Assembly: GCF_033153115.1 (NCBI RefSeq)
Contig: NW_026889750.1
Span: 20,956,001 to 21,020,000 of the forward strand
Length of the DNA stretch: 64,000 bases
Source of the DNA: Saccostrea echinata
Lineage: Eukaryota
Reading direction: 5' to 3'
Every line of letters starts with the position of its first letter. The stretch's first letter is position 1. A program made the position numbers and the translations under genes. Below, in pieces: positions 13,598-26,910 of the stretch. The notes under the pieces are model-generated. The model was not told where the DNA came from. It saw only the letters and a program-made list of their open reading frames with translations, and did no database searches.

Positions 13598-14472
13598 CTT
13601 TTACATAACATCACAAATGTTTCTTAATGAAATAGAAATTTTTTGCTGTAAACTTCAGGCCTGCATTTGTTGAAGCTAAAGTGAGCTCGCAGTTGAAGCA
13701 GTAGTGCATGCGCTCGCTGACATCTTTCTATGTTAAAATTAAATTTAATTATTTTGAATTACTCATCTGTAAGAATTTGTGACAATCGACTCGAAGACCT
13801 AGCTTAAAATCAAATTCCAACGTTTTGCCAGTCCATTAGGATTATAGTAACCTAACAATCGTTTAACCTACTATTTCGAGATGTCACATCAAAGAATGCG
13901 GGACACGAACCTGTGATTCTTCCAAAGAAAAGGCCTATTATCGGTACAAACATGTCGATTATAGAGGATAACCCTATAACCTTGTTTGTTATTTATTTCT
14001 ATTGTTTTACATTAATGATTTATAAATAGTTCGAGGGTCACAGAGTTTGCGTGAATGGCATCCAAATTTGATTAAGATCTGAAACATTATCTTTTTTGAC
14101 ATATGTACGAACATTGATTTACATGTTGAATCGTTGTTTAAATGACTACAGAAATTTGGATTGAGGAACCATAATAAAAGATTTCAAAAGTAATTTAATG
14201 CCCCAATTTGTCAAGACTATTCTCCAATTATCTCTTAAGCTGATTGTGCAGTAGTCCATTCGATGCGTTTACCATTGCGGAATCAACTTGAGGAAACATC
14301 GATATACAATGTGTAATCTCTTTATTATCATTTTCTGCAGAGAACACAAAAGGAGGATTAGTCAACACATAGTGCAAGATATGAGAAACAGGCAAAGGTG
14401 AATAAAATCTAGTGCAATATTATATATGATCTACTTTTTAAAGTTTCCCTACATGGATGAATTACTCTACAA

Positions 14473-17400
14473 ATGAGTCTCCATGTTCCCAGTGAAGGAA
14501 GGCATGAACATTCTCCTACAATGAAAGAGTACAGACGACCATCTTTGTCCGTTATCGACGAGACTAACAACAATGAAGAGGAGAATTTTCTTGTGTTGCC
14601 ATCGATTACTGTTACAAATTGCGAGGATTCACTTCAAGCAAGTGATGATAATGACGAAGTGTCCTCCGTGACGTCATCAAGGAGCGGAAGTGAAACAGAT
14701 TTAGCGCATCTGAAAGTAACTGCCAATAGACTTCGATTAGCAACACGAAGGTCAAGCATTGTGGAATGGAAAGAACGGTATCTTGAAAAGCCTCGGAGAA
14801 GGTCAAAACCAGACCTAAAAGTAGATTTTGATCAAAATGGTAATGATGTGTTGACAGAGGATAGGAAACATAGGATTAATGAAGCCTTGATATGGATCAA
14901 GGAAGAATTGGTGAGTTTAGTTTACAAGCATCGTTGATATATATATAATTTGCTGATTTGATCATGATATTGCTAAATCGTAAAATAAATTTTAAGCTCT
15001 TAATGTGAAAATCCCAAGGTCCAAAGTCAAAAACAGTAATTCCATTTAAATAAGGTCATAAGGTGAAACTCCACATTGACACTCACATTCATAGAATTCA
15101 GACTCGGAGACTACTCGTCTTTGTTTTATCTTACCGAAATCGTTAATGTTTTAAAGATATCAGTAGGCATGCTTATGAGGCTATCTTAGGACAGAGTTAT
15201 ATCATACGACGAACTTAAGGACCCTCTCTACACTCCACCTTATTCTCTATTGAGAAGTTGATGGCTCGTTTAATACTCCCCCTCTTGGGGGGGGGGGGGA
15301 GGAGTATTAAACGAGCCATCAACTTCTCAATAGGGAATACACTCCATCCTAAATTTCAGGGTACTTTTGTGTAGTTAGACTGACCCTCAATTTGACATAA
15401 AAAGAGAATAAATTGTAATCTGCACCATATGACATAACTTAAAATAAATCCAAGTATTCTAAACATTATATTATAGCAAGATAGAGTAGTTGAAAACTTT
15501 ATTTGCATGTATTTTCTCTATTTGAGTAAGCAAAAGCGAATTTTTTTTTTATTATAACTTCATTATCTTTGAAGATATTTCCTGGATAAAAAAAAAAGGG
15601 ACGCTCCCTATATCAAAAATGAATTAGTTAATTCCAAAATATCCTCCTTTACCATGTTTACGCTATACAATTTTCTCAAAGCCCAAAAAACATTTTTCAT
15701 CAGTGTATAGAGGGCCCTTAAGACATGTCTTAGTCTGAAGTGAGACCAACAAATTTACACATTCTTCCTAACTTTAAGACGACGACTGGTTTATCCTAAA
15801 ACAAATTTTAGGTGATTTAAGAAGCGCTGGCGCCAGGAAAACAATTGAATAAACTTAGATTTTTTTAACTAGGGTATTTGTGTATTTAAATCCAATAATT
15901 TTTGTGAAATATTAATTTCTTTCATGAATCAAATTCAAATTAGTAAACAATGTGCCGTGACACTGTAAATGTACATATACAAAAGGAAATAGAGAAAGTA
16001 TTAAATGACAGTACTGAATTAATAAATTGATGTATTAAACATGTAGCAGGTTGAAAAACGCTCTGAAGTAGGTTTAGTTGGGGGGGGGGGGGTCACATGC
16101 CATAAAATACCAAGCATCCCCCGTCGACCGGTCAAACCCGCCATATTCTCCTTGTTATTACATATTACATTTAATGCATGTATATTGTTCCGAACCTGTT
16201 GCACGCATTGGTAGTAGCCGTTTTAATGATAAAGAATTAAAACCATAGACATTATCTAACGAAAGATTTATGAGCATACCTAAAGGCTCGGATGCACATC
16301 AGTACTGCCCCTTACCTTCCCAAAAAGAGTGAGTGAGAAAAAGAGCTCATGATCATCTGGGGACAAAGAACGAGATGTTCTGGAAATATATCTGCATGTT
16401 GCAGGTCTATAGATAATTTTGTGAAAAGTATGTATTAAACATGAACATGATGAAGATGTATGCATCAAACTACAGGGCCATCTGCCTGTACACAGCCATT
16501 TGTTTGTACACATTGTTTGTATAAGTTTGACTGCAGTCAAAAGAAACGAAAAAAATTATGTAATGCAATGCTGTCTAAGTTTTCAAAAGCATTAATGCAT
16601 TGTGTAAGTTTTAATATGTATATAGTATGAGTTGGCTAACGTACGTGTCTATCTGAAACAACGAATCACATGAAATCCAACTCTATATTATGCTCTTACA
16701 CATTATTTAGAAAGTAAAGTTGGTTATCTTCCAGCAATGCTTGTAATTAAACAGTATAAATCGTTTCTTACTCAAGATCAGATACAAATACATGTACATT
16801 TAAATTTCTATTTCAAAATAATTTATATACACCGTATTATATTTGTAATTTTTTTATGCTTTAAGTACAGCTCGTTTAATTAGAATTTAAAAAGTTCCTT
16901 CATAAAAAAATAAGACTTCAAACCTTTTCGAAAGACAATCTAAAAAAAAGTTGAAACATGATGTAAAAAATACCGTTTTTCTCTTTACAACGATATTATA
17001 TTACTTTGAAAACTGGCTGAGCAAGTTTGATTATTTTTCTGTATTGTCACATGGTGAATTAAAGATTAAATAGTCCCATTTCCGATATAAATCTTCAACA
17101 AGTAGAGGTTGTCAGTCTAATGGATAATCATCGAGGCACAAAGACCTCGCGTAAACAAGTGAATTTTACAAACGAGTTGGCGTCGCATTAGCCATTGAAC
17201 GACAAAACCTTATCACAATAAATGTAAGAAGACAGGTGTAAAACACGAGATTTAAAAAAAGATAGCTAGGGTATTTACCTTCTTCAAAACCTTTAGTGTA
17301 GACCAGTGAAGTTTCATTAAAATTGCATTATGATTTATTCATAAATTATTCCTACAACTGTGAATTAGTAATACCTATGTACTCATCAATACATGCACAG

Positions 17401-17890
17401 TGTGTTTTTTTTTTTCAACATTAAAAACTAAACGATAGTGATGAACACTATCAGAACTTTAAAATATGATACGTTAGTCGAAAGCATTCTTATCTTATTC
17501 ATATACTAATGAGCGGAGTAAACGTTTTCATTATGCAAAAATCTTATCAATTATTAAGATATAATTATACTATTTTCAGATTACGGAATCAGTAATTATA
17601 AATCAATACAATAGTTGTTACTTGTCAAATAATTATAGCAAGCCATGAGATCGCAGGACCAAGCACTAGCTAGAAAACTTCTATCATTGCGTCAGGACAT
17701 TCACCAACTGAAACTAAATCGAAGTTGTCAGGAACACAGAGAGATGCTTGATGACGTCACTAAAGACATGGAGGAAATGCAACAACTGAAAGACATAAGC
17801 GACCTCCATGTGGATACTGTGGAAAATCCACTGAAACATTTAGGTGTTACCTCTTACAATTTAACTGCCAGACGTTTTTCAACATGTTGA
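14473..17890 (+). CDS. FAM167A: FAM167A-like protein, copy 1 (~229 aa)
   Basis: Exons 14473-14910 and 17639-17890. Motifs LRLATRRSSIVEW, EALIWIKEEL|QAMRSQDQALARKLLSLRQDIHQLKL and LKHLGVTSYNLTARRFSTC match the FAM167 family. An acceptor at 14340 implies an upstream non-coding exon. Confidence 0.9.
15219..15717. mobile_element. TTAA-TSD MITE (Kolobok-like RR..YY ends), copy 1, carrying a hairpin insertion
   Basis: TTAA on both sides. TIRs ggaccctctctacact / agtgtatagagggccc. The body is highly similar to 48880-49253. Confidence 0.8.
15241..15339. repeat. ~100-bp foldback palindrome inserted in the MITE
   Basis: tattctctattgagaagttgatggctcgtttaatactcc ... ggagtattaaacgagccatcaacttctcaatagggaata. 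Absent from the second MITE copy. Confidence 0.9.
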
Positions 17891-19407
17891 GATAATTCTT
17901 TTGTTACATGTATATTGGATATGAGTTGTTGCTTTATTTTGCGAAGATTTGTCAATGTAATGTTTTTAGTAAATGGGACAACTGCAATAATAATGAATAT
18001 ATATACAAATTGTCTTTTTTTATTATTCGAAATTGATTGTACATAAGTAAATTAAAATGTTTAACGTCCTTTACTGAAATACTGATATCGATTATGTTGA
18101 AATTGTAAGAATGTTTGCAGCATTTTGTGATTGTAATGCCATTTGATACGTCATTCTTACAAGCAAAAACATTGTTATTCGTAACAATAAACACGTTTCA
18201 AAAATAAAACACTTGGTGGGATTAAACTGTCCTTTCATGTAGTACTTAATTTGATTATGTTTGCTTTATTTTTCCCCATATACTTAAGCAGTACAACAAT
18301 GGTTTATTTTAGGACCTTTGCAACAAAATTAATGTTTGTTGATTATCAGTCTGGAACATAATGATATATTATTGATGTGCTATTATATTTCAGTCGAACT
18401 TTTGTCTTGAAAATTTTTTTTAAGGGTCCATTTCATGCCAAGAAATTGCATATGTCGACAAATTATTTTTCATCGATACATGTGATATTAGATTCAAACA
18501 TTACAATCGTATGCACACTTGCTGAGAAGTAATTAAATAGTAAGAATTAATGAGGTATCTTATATGACTTAATTTTAACGAGTGCATGCAACCTGAAAAA
18601 TAGCATTTACCATTTTTCTTTTACTCTACTTCTTTTGTACATTACCTATGATGATTGATGAAGTAAATCTGTAGAATGCAAACAATGCTACAAATGTACA
18701 TAGCACATAAGCCTTGCACACTGAATCTGAAACAACGTAAAAAAAAAAAAAAAACGTACATGTACCCTTTTATTATGACTATGAAACTGTTTATAATAAA
18801 AAGGACCGTGATCGAAGCCTATATATAAGTTTTAAATAAATTTGAATTCAGATTTAATCTCAATGTAACAAAAGTCTAGTATGCATGTGGATGCTCTAGT
18901 TGTCATCCGAACAAACTGTCAAATACAAATCTTCTCGTTTGTGGGACATACTGTTTCGTAAAAGTCGTCAAACATCAAACATGTTTATATTATGTTGTTT
19001 GTCCATTGGAATGGAGGTACATTTTTGTAATTTATTGTATTAACCAGAGTGAACTGAACTCCAACTAATGTTACTTTCAGTATTGTGTACGCCCCCCTGC
19101 GGAGCGTCACGCTTGTCACAACAACACAAAGTCTGTGCAAGATGTGTATGAGGGGAAACAATGCAAGAAATTCTTATACAAAAGAGAAACGCTAAATAAA
19201 TCCGATTCTAAAGTTAATTTACATGCAAAGGATTAAGATATCCTTTCTGTGCAGGTGTTGCATTATAATAATCGGTTAGAATTTCTAATCGACTGGTGCC
19301 TGAAATGTTCTTTGATACATGTATTCGTGTAATTTGGAGCCAAGTATCTTTCATATGAAAGAACTATCGTTCATTTAGATAAGAAACAAGTATTTGAGGT
19401 AAAGAGT

Positions 19408-20452
19408 ATGAAGAAAAATTTGTCACATGCAGACATACTGGAAACAAATAGAAGTGCATATGATGCCTCCTTATGGAAAACCGCTGAAACTTCCGAAGTT
19501 TACGATATGAAGAGGAAAGGTATACGACAGGCATTTTCCGCCAGTGATATAAAATCTGTGGATACCTTACCCCCTTTAGATATATACTTATTCAGATTAA
19601 AATGTAAAACAAGAAAACTGCGACTCGATACAAGGCGTCCAAGTTATCTGGAATGGAGAGCTAGTTTAAAGAGATATCGTGCGGAAAATGAGCACGATTT
19701 GGATAGGAACAAAGGTGTTCCAAACGACCAGGATTTCGAGAAAATCAACAATTCTCTAAAGTGGATTCGCGAGGAGTTGGTAAGGGAATTGCTGCTCTTT
19801 AACACATTAAATTATGCTTGTTGATTGTATGCTCTTGGGGGGGGGGGGGATACGCATATTGTTTCAAGAGTATTTTTCTCAAATACTAAGAAATGTTCTT
19901 TTCCGACAGAGCAACAAAATGTTATTACTTTTTCAACATGTTTAAAAAGGAAATTCAAGTCAGTGTATATATCTTGAAAGACTTGAAAAAAGTAAATACC
20001 TCTGCCACCACAATTAACCTTTCACTATAACCTTATATCATTAAATCAAAGAAAAGGTAGGAATCTATAGTTATTGAAAATTGTACTTGTTTGAGACTTT
20101 AAAGCTGATTTCTCCAACCTTGGAAGGAAAAGGAAGGAGTATTTTTCAGTAGTGAATAATGCCATATCTTCATCTTATACTCTTCGTATTTTTGTAGACA
20201 AAAATGAGAGAACAGGATCAAGACTTGGCTCGTCAGTTCTTGACAATTCACAGTGATATACAGAAACTAAGATTAGAGTGGAGTTGGCAATACCATGAAT
20301 TCAGTCTGCAAGACGCTTTAATTGATTATCAGGAAGTGGAAGAAATTAAGCGAATATCTGACCTACCTCTCGTCTCGGATACTGAAATGTCATTAGTGGA
20401 TAGAGGCTTAACTAAAATGAACTTATGTCATAGAAAATATTCAGTTACGTAG
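19408..20452 (+). CDS. FAM167-family protein, tandem copy 2 (~208 aa)
   Basis: Exons 19408-19779 and 20198-20452, with the same intron position as copy 1. Motifs KLRLDTRRPSYLEW, SLKWIREEL|TKMREQDQDLARQFLTIHSDIQKLRLE and GLTKMNLCHRKYSVT. Confidence 0.88.
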
Positions 20453-23132
20453 TGTTCATATAATTATTGTCACTATATATCTAAAAATTTCAAGACATAT
20501 CAGAAGATACATGTATCATGCTTACCTATGTGTACTGTTTATTTAATGATGTTCATATACTTTTTTTAATTGTGAAATACTTCATTCACCACAGACATTA
20601 AAAGCCTAGCAGATTCTCATATGATAAATGCAATCACAATTCAAAAGTCAAAACTGCATTGCTTGCATTTTTATTGGTTGGGATACAGTACTGAAATTTA
20701 TCAACATTCAATCTTCCTTTGAAAGGATGAGGTAAAACTTTGACGCAGTAATCTAAACTCGGCATTAAAAGTGTTATTCTGCAAAGAGCTCTATTCTTTG
20801 TTTGAACATACTTTCCAGATTTTCTTTTTACACTGAAAAACATGTTAAAATGAATCTTATACTCAGATAGAAATTAATATTTTAATTATAAAGATTATTG
20901 ATCTTTCATATTTCCTCCATATGTAAGAGGATTAATTTTAATCTTTTGAAATCAATATCAATAACTTAAGTACACCCAAAGCACGAAGACAATCTGTCGA
21001 TGTCTATTTCTCTGCAATATAAAGACACAACTAGCATCTGGTACAAGTTTTCGACAAAGTAAGAACATTAAACTTGTTGAAAGTAAAAATTGCCAGTCAT
21101 TCTCCAATATTTACTTAAGTATTAAAAGTTTAAATGTTTATTGACAGAAGGATTTACTAATTCAATGAGTATATTATATAAATGTTTATTTTCCAAATGG
21201 TTGAAAATAAACAGACGTGCATGTAATGTTGAGTGATTACATGTAACGAATTTCTGTTTATATAATAAAAATCATGTGTCCGTTAATAAACAATACAAGC
21301 ACGTTCTTTCCTTCGATTTCAAGAGATGTAAATCGCTCAGTGTATTTTTTACCTTTTTTCCATTTTTTCAAATATTTATTATGCCAATTTGTGTTATTTA
21401 TTGTTTATTTTGGATATACATGATGTATTCATATGTATTTTGACTAAATGATACAAACATTATAAAAAAAACCTCGCCCTGATTTCAGAAAATAGAGAAA
21501 ACCCGGCAGTAGAATATTAGATAAACAGAAAAACGTATTTAGTTTAAACTTACAACAAAGGTTATTTCACACCCGGGTGAGGGGTGGGGGTTGGACAGTG
21601 GGTCCCTGGATAGATTCACAAAAAGACTTCAACTTAATATATAAAGACCACTTGTGTAAACTATTTTACATTAATTTTTCCCCCTACATTTAGCGTAAGA
21701 TGTTAATTGATCATGAGTTTAAAGTAACCTTTTGGTAAAGATTTGTAAAACAAAAATAATTCATGAAGGGTCAACAGGGAGGTTACCATATGGATTAAAA
21801 AAAATATCTTTCTTCTAATTCGGCGATGTTTTTGGGTAAATTATGCACTGCACATTTGTTTTCCATTTAAATTATAACAAGTACATTTTGTATACGGTCT
21901 AGGGAAAATGTTTTCACATTATTTCAAAATACAAAAATTAAATCAGATACTTTCATCACCCACCTTTCACTTTCATTGATACATAAAAAAGGGGAGATAA
22001 CCCAGAAACATAGTGACTAAGTACCGACACTGTATGGGTGGATAACAAAATTCCCACTTTACTCAATCATCAGTTTCTCGCAAAATAAGAGGCGAATGAT
22101 GACATTAATAACAGGGTAGAGCTTTGATAACGACGCATATTGTGAGACGAGCTCAAATATGCGGTATTAACCACAAATAAGGGATTTATCATCCCAAAAA
22201 GGGAATTAAGAACAATAGAAAAGTATCAGTTTTTCACTCTGGGGTCAGAACATAAACCCTCAATTTAAACATGTTTACATTAGGGTCGTTTTTATATTAA
22301 GGGTTCCAGATTCTTTATGTGACGATGACTGATCTGCCAGTTACTCCAAATATACATTTGACATATCTACAAAGAAGTTTGCTGCCAGCAAAGGATCAAA
22401 AATCCAAGCAATGGGGGTTAGGCTTAATAAATGGTGCATGTAAGTGACCTTCGTCCACCCTAAAGAAGTTAGGTACGATTTGATTAAGATTTAATACATG
22501 TATTATATTATCAACATGGTAAAGGCATGCATGTACATAAATATTATCATAAATATTTATTCACCGTCTAAGTACAAAAGTTTGGAACCATCTGAAGCAT
22601 AAAATGCATTGGCATTTACTTTTAACATCGACGATTAAAATATTCATAAAATAATTCATAGGGCTATACATATATTAATCTGACCTTCATGTTATAAAAA
22701 ATTAAATATGTCAAATAACTTAATAATAGTAATTTAAAAAATGAAACGAAGACTAAGAATTAATCCATAACAAAATAATAATAAAAAAAATGATGTAAAC
22801 AACCAATGAAACATAAAACTTTCAATCATTCTTGAAAGTCGAAATACCTCTTCATACGTGTATTCAAAGGGGGTAAGTGTACTAAGAAATTTTCAACATC
22901 TTACAAATTAATTTATAGTAAAGGTGATTTGAGTTGTCTTTCCTAAAATAGTTTACCTTAATTCAACAGCTTATATTTAAAAAATAATTACGCAAGCATA
23001 TACTATATGTATTCAAGAATTTAAAGTTTAATCAGCAGGTCTAACTTAATGATTGAATCATAAATTGAGGATGAATTAAATTACCGTTTACACTAGTACT
23101 CTCAGACACAGAAAGGCAGAACACAGATGGAA

Positions 23133-23453
23133 TCAGAAAATTTTAGATTTCACCTTAATGTATTTGAGTCCTTTATGTTTTTGTCTATGTTTCTGTAGCC
23201 TTGGTTTGTAGTCGGTATAATCAAAATATTCCCAGGGATCGTCATATTCGTGAACATGTTCATATCCATGATAGGAACTATAATCACGTGATATATAGTC
23301 TTTGGTTATTGGTTGATATTGATGAATTTTCTCGTAACCATGGTATTTGACTTCATGCGCATGTTCATACAAATAAGCTCGATGGTTTGGACCAATTCCA
23401 TATGACCTTCTCTGTTCTGAGGTCTGCTTTGATTTGGAATACACGGGTAGCAT
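23133..23453 (-). CDS. Putative orphan His/Tyr-rich small protein
   Basis: 106-aa ORF with internal repeats YEHAHE, YHGYEKIHQY and YHGYEHVHEY. A well-formed upstream intron (gtaagt at 23676, ttttcag at 23539) suggests a spliced transcript. No recognisable family. Confidence 0.4.
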   Translation of the reverse strand: MLPVYSKSKQTSEQRRSYGIGPNHRAYLYEHAHEVKYHGYEKIHQYQPITKDYISRDYSSYHGYEHVHEYDDPWEYFDYTDYKPRLQKHRQKHKGLKYIKVKSKIF

Positions 23454-24073
23454 ATCATGCAGCGTTACATGTAGTAAATCTTTTTTTTCGGTAATTCAGT
23501 GCTGTTCAAGAGCACGGGTCGTGATGTGTTCTTCTTCACTGAAAATAGAGTCGTTCTTGATCTATAGTGATGGTTGGGCAACTTATGTACACCTTTCTAA
23601 TACATGTACATAGACATGTATTTTATTTTTATGTAAAAGAATTTTTAAAAAATGATGATGAAATTCAAAAACTTACGTATTATATCTTTCGCCCCTTTCC
23701 TCTCTAGTTGAAGGTATTTCTAACTCTGTGTTACATATACCGTGCACAACTAAATTTGATTTACCCTCGTGTAAAAAAAAAACTGATTTTGTTCAGTGAA
23801 AGGAGTCATTCATCCATCGGATTAACAATCATATTGAGAAGATTGAATTCGATCACAAAAAAGCATGGTTGAGCCATTCAGATGAAAGATCTTTTATTAT
23901 CTAATATGTACTAAATGAATGTCTAAGTGATTCAAACTTCGTCGATTTAAAGTTCTAGGTAACAAAAGAGCTATTAGAAAAAATTACTTACTTCAAAATT
24001 ATAATAAAGAAATGTTGGATCTTCACAGATGTTTTTCAAGTACATTTGTACAAGTAAAAAGAAATGTTCTCCA

Positions 24074-24399
24074 CAGGGACGTGGCATCGTTTTTGAAAGG
24101 GGGGGGGGGGGGCAGCCAGAGAAAAAAATTCCAACTTACTTGAAAAAGAAAACTTGACAAGCAAAAAAAAAAAGGAAAATTGAAAATTGTCCTATTTCGT
24201 GGGGCGGGGTTATAAAATTCTTTCAATACAAAGTTTTATTCATACACTACTACAAAACCCTTATTTAACTATTCTACAACAAAAAGTGTGGGGGGGGGGG
24301 GGGGGGAACCGGCCTTTCAATTAACATTTCATATAGTAAAAAAAAGTCTTTGGAAAAAAGTGGGGGGCCAGCCCCCCCCCCCCTTTTGCTACGAGCCTG
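24074..24399. mobile_element. MITE with CAGG..CCTG termini and 5-bp TSD
   Basis: TIR cagggacgtggca / tgctacgagcctg, subterminal poly-G/poly-C tracts, ctcca on both flanks. Confidence 0.65.
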
Positions 24400-26404
24400 C
24401 TCCAAACGCCTCCAAACTGAATTATATATATCACTGCATCCAGTCAAAAAAAAGTCTGAGCGTATGTACAAAGAAGGATAACTCGATCTACATGTAGGTA
24501 TACTGATAGCCGTGTTCAGAAAACTTTCTTAAGGTATTTCCTAGGATTGTTTCTAAGATATGATTCAGGAAGAATAGCCTATATGATCAAATTAGGACAT
24601 ATCTTAAGATGTACATATGTAGCTCGACGGTACCTTAGGAACATTCTAAGATAGGAAACCTTACATGTACCTTCTGAAAATTTGCGAATCTTCACAGTCA
24701 TATACCTATTACATGTATATACATTTATAATTTAGGTTTTTCAGCTTTAAAAAAGTTAAGTATAATTTATACAAAAATTATCTGTCTACTTGTTTCAGTA
24801 TAAATACATGTGCATGTGTTTTACAATATGTACATTTTTACAAAAATATTCATAAAAATGCATCGATCAAAATAAAAGATTTAATTTTATTTTTTAAATA
24901 TGAAGTTTCAATTATAATATCTACAATATATTGAATAACTTAAAATTAAAAATAAAATAAATTTAAACTTTTTTTATCACGACGAAGATTACGATATAAT
25001 AATCATAAATGGAGAAATGTATATAAATCTGAACGTCTTTAAATTAATTATCTTTTAAAATTAATTTTAAAAATAAGCTGTAACGTTTACGAATGGCAAA
25101 CATTGGAAAAATTGACAAAACATGTTTGTCTCCATATACATTTTAGGCTAATGTGCTAGATTCACAAAAAATACACGTACACGCATGACCAATTTTTGAT
25201 CTATATTTTTGAATATGATACATTTACTTATCAACACTCGAAAAATTAAAAGTTTCATATATCTTACGGATAAGGATACTATATATGTGTGCAGATATTG
25301 CCACATCCATAATCAGGCTGACAAAGAACTAGAAATCATATTATAGGACAATGATTCTTAAAAGATTATATCATGTTGCATAAAATAAGCTATTCAAAAA
25401 TGTTCAAAATTTCAACAGGGGTAATGCACAAAATCATGCAAAAGATCTTTGTCTTATCTGAGATGATGAATGCAGCTTGCATTCTAAAAACTCTTTGTTA
25501 GGCGTTTTTTTAACCTATTGTTTAGAGATTATGATTAACAGGGACACTAAAGGAGAGCCATAGTAATCGGTCACCAATACAGGAGGTGCAAGATTTTCGA
25601 CCAAGGGTCGCTTGTCGCGGGTTAGAATATCATTTAAATGCTTAAGGCATTATTCAAATAAAACGATTTGTAGTCGAGTGCAACTGTATACTAGCGTTTT
25701 GGGAGTCACAGAGATTAACAAGAATTAATGTATCTATAAAACTAAGCCGCTTTTGAAGAAATGAAATGTTTTAGGTATAAAGGTCCAGACACCAGATATT
25801 CAAAAAATTGATTATATTTAATCAAGTAAGGTAGGTTAATTTTTCTGCCTAAAAAAGTACTGATATGTTTTACATGTATTTTAGTGCACATTCGTATTTT
25901 CGAAGTTTTACGATCATACATGTAAATCACCAGTGTTTGGCATTGTTAACAGTGAATTTAGCCCATAAATGAGTATGTCGGACGGAGCTTAAAATGAATT
26001 AAAACATAATTCTCTGATTCACGTAGAATTACTATCATTTGAGAGAAAATTTGTAAATATTTTAAGAGTTCTTTAACGAAATACATATGAATCTTTGAAA
26101 ATCGGTCTCACCGTAAAAGATACCAATCCGGCGGATTTAATCGACTGCATAATGTCTGTTAGTTTTGTTGGATGTTCCAGTATACAATTATAATTAAGGA
26201 CCAATGACACAAATAAAGCAATGGAAGCCAGGATTGGTACATGTATATATTTTTGGACCTAATTTGGTTGTAAATGATTAGAATAATAAATTTCTAAAAC
26301 ATTTAGAAATTGTATACTGTCTATGATGTTCAAAATTCCACCTTTCTGTAACCATCCGTATTACTCTATACAACTTTTTGTCACTTTGATTAAACAAGAA
26401 AGTG

Positions 26405-26539
26405 CTTTCTTTGGTTGTTAGTACGGGAATTAATGTCACAGCTATTGCAGAAAAAATACATAACCCGCGTAAGCGGGTTATGTAATTTTTTTCCTGCAAT
26501 AGCTGCGACGTTTATTCCCGTACTAACAACCAAAGAAAG
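26405..26539. repeat. 135-bp foldback palindrome with cccgc-GTAA-gcggg tip
   Basis: ctttctttggttgttagtacgggaat...attcccgtactaacaaccaaagaaag. Confidence 0.9.
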
Positions 26540-26564
26540 ACATTTATATCTGTATAAATATAAG

Positions 26565-26910
26565 ATCTCCCATGATTTGTAGTTGGATATGATTTTTATC
26601 CAAGGAGTTGTGTGTTTTTTATCCCCGAGCCTTGGCGAGGGGATAAAAACACACAACGAGTTGGATAAAAGTCATATCCAACTACAAATCATGGGAGATT
26701 CTTTTTATCCAATGTTTAAATCTTCACAACCAATGTTTTACACTGTTTTATATAGGACTCCACTTTATTTTACTTCATCACGCTAACGCAAAAACCATTG
26801 TGACGTCACAACTGCACTTAACTGTGTGATATGAAAAAAATATCCAATGAGTCATATCCACGGGATAAAGGGGTAAACATGGGATATATAATCATTTAAA
26901 GTAGGATTAA
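26565..26910. mobile_element. Foldback element: 135-bp palindrome (26565-26699) plus downstream partial arm repeat
   Basis: atctcccatgatttgtagttggatatga...tcatatccaactacaaatcatgggagat with tip ccccgagccttggcgagggg. Arm-like gatatgaaaaaaatatccaa..tcatatcca..gggataaa recurs at ~26828-26870. Confidence 0.6.
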
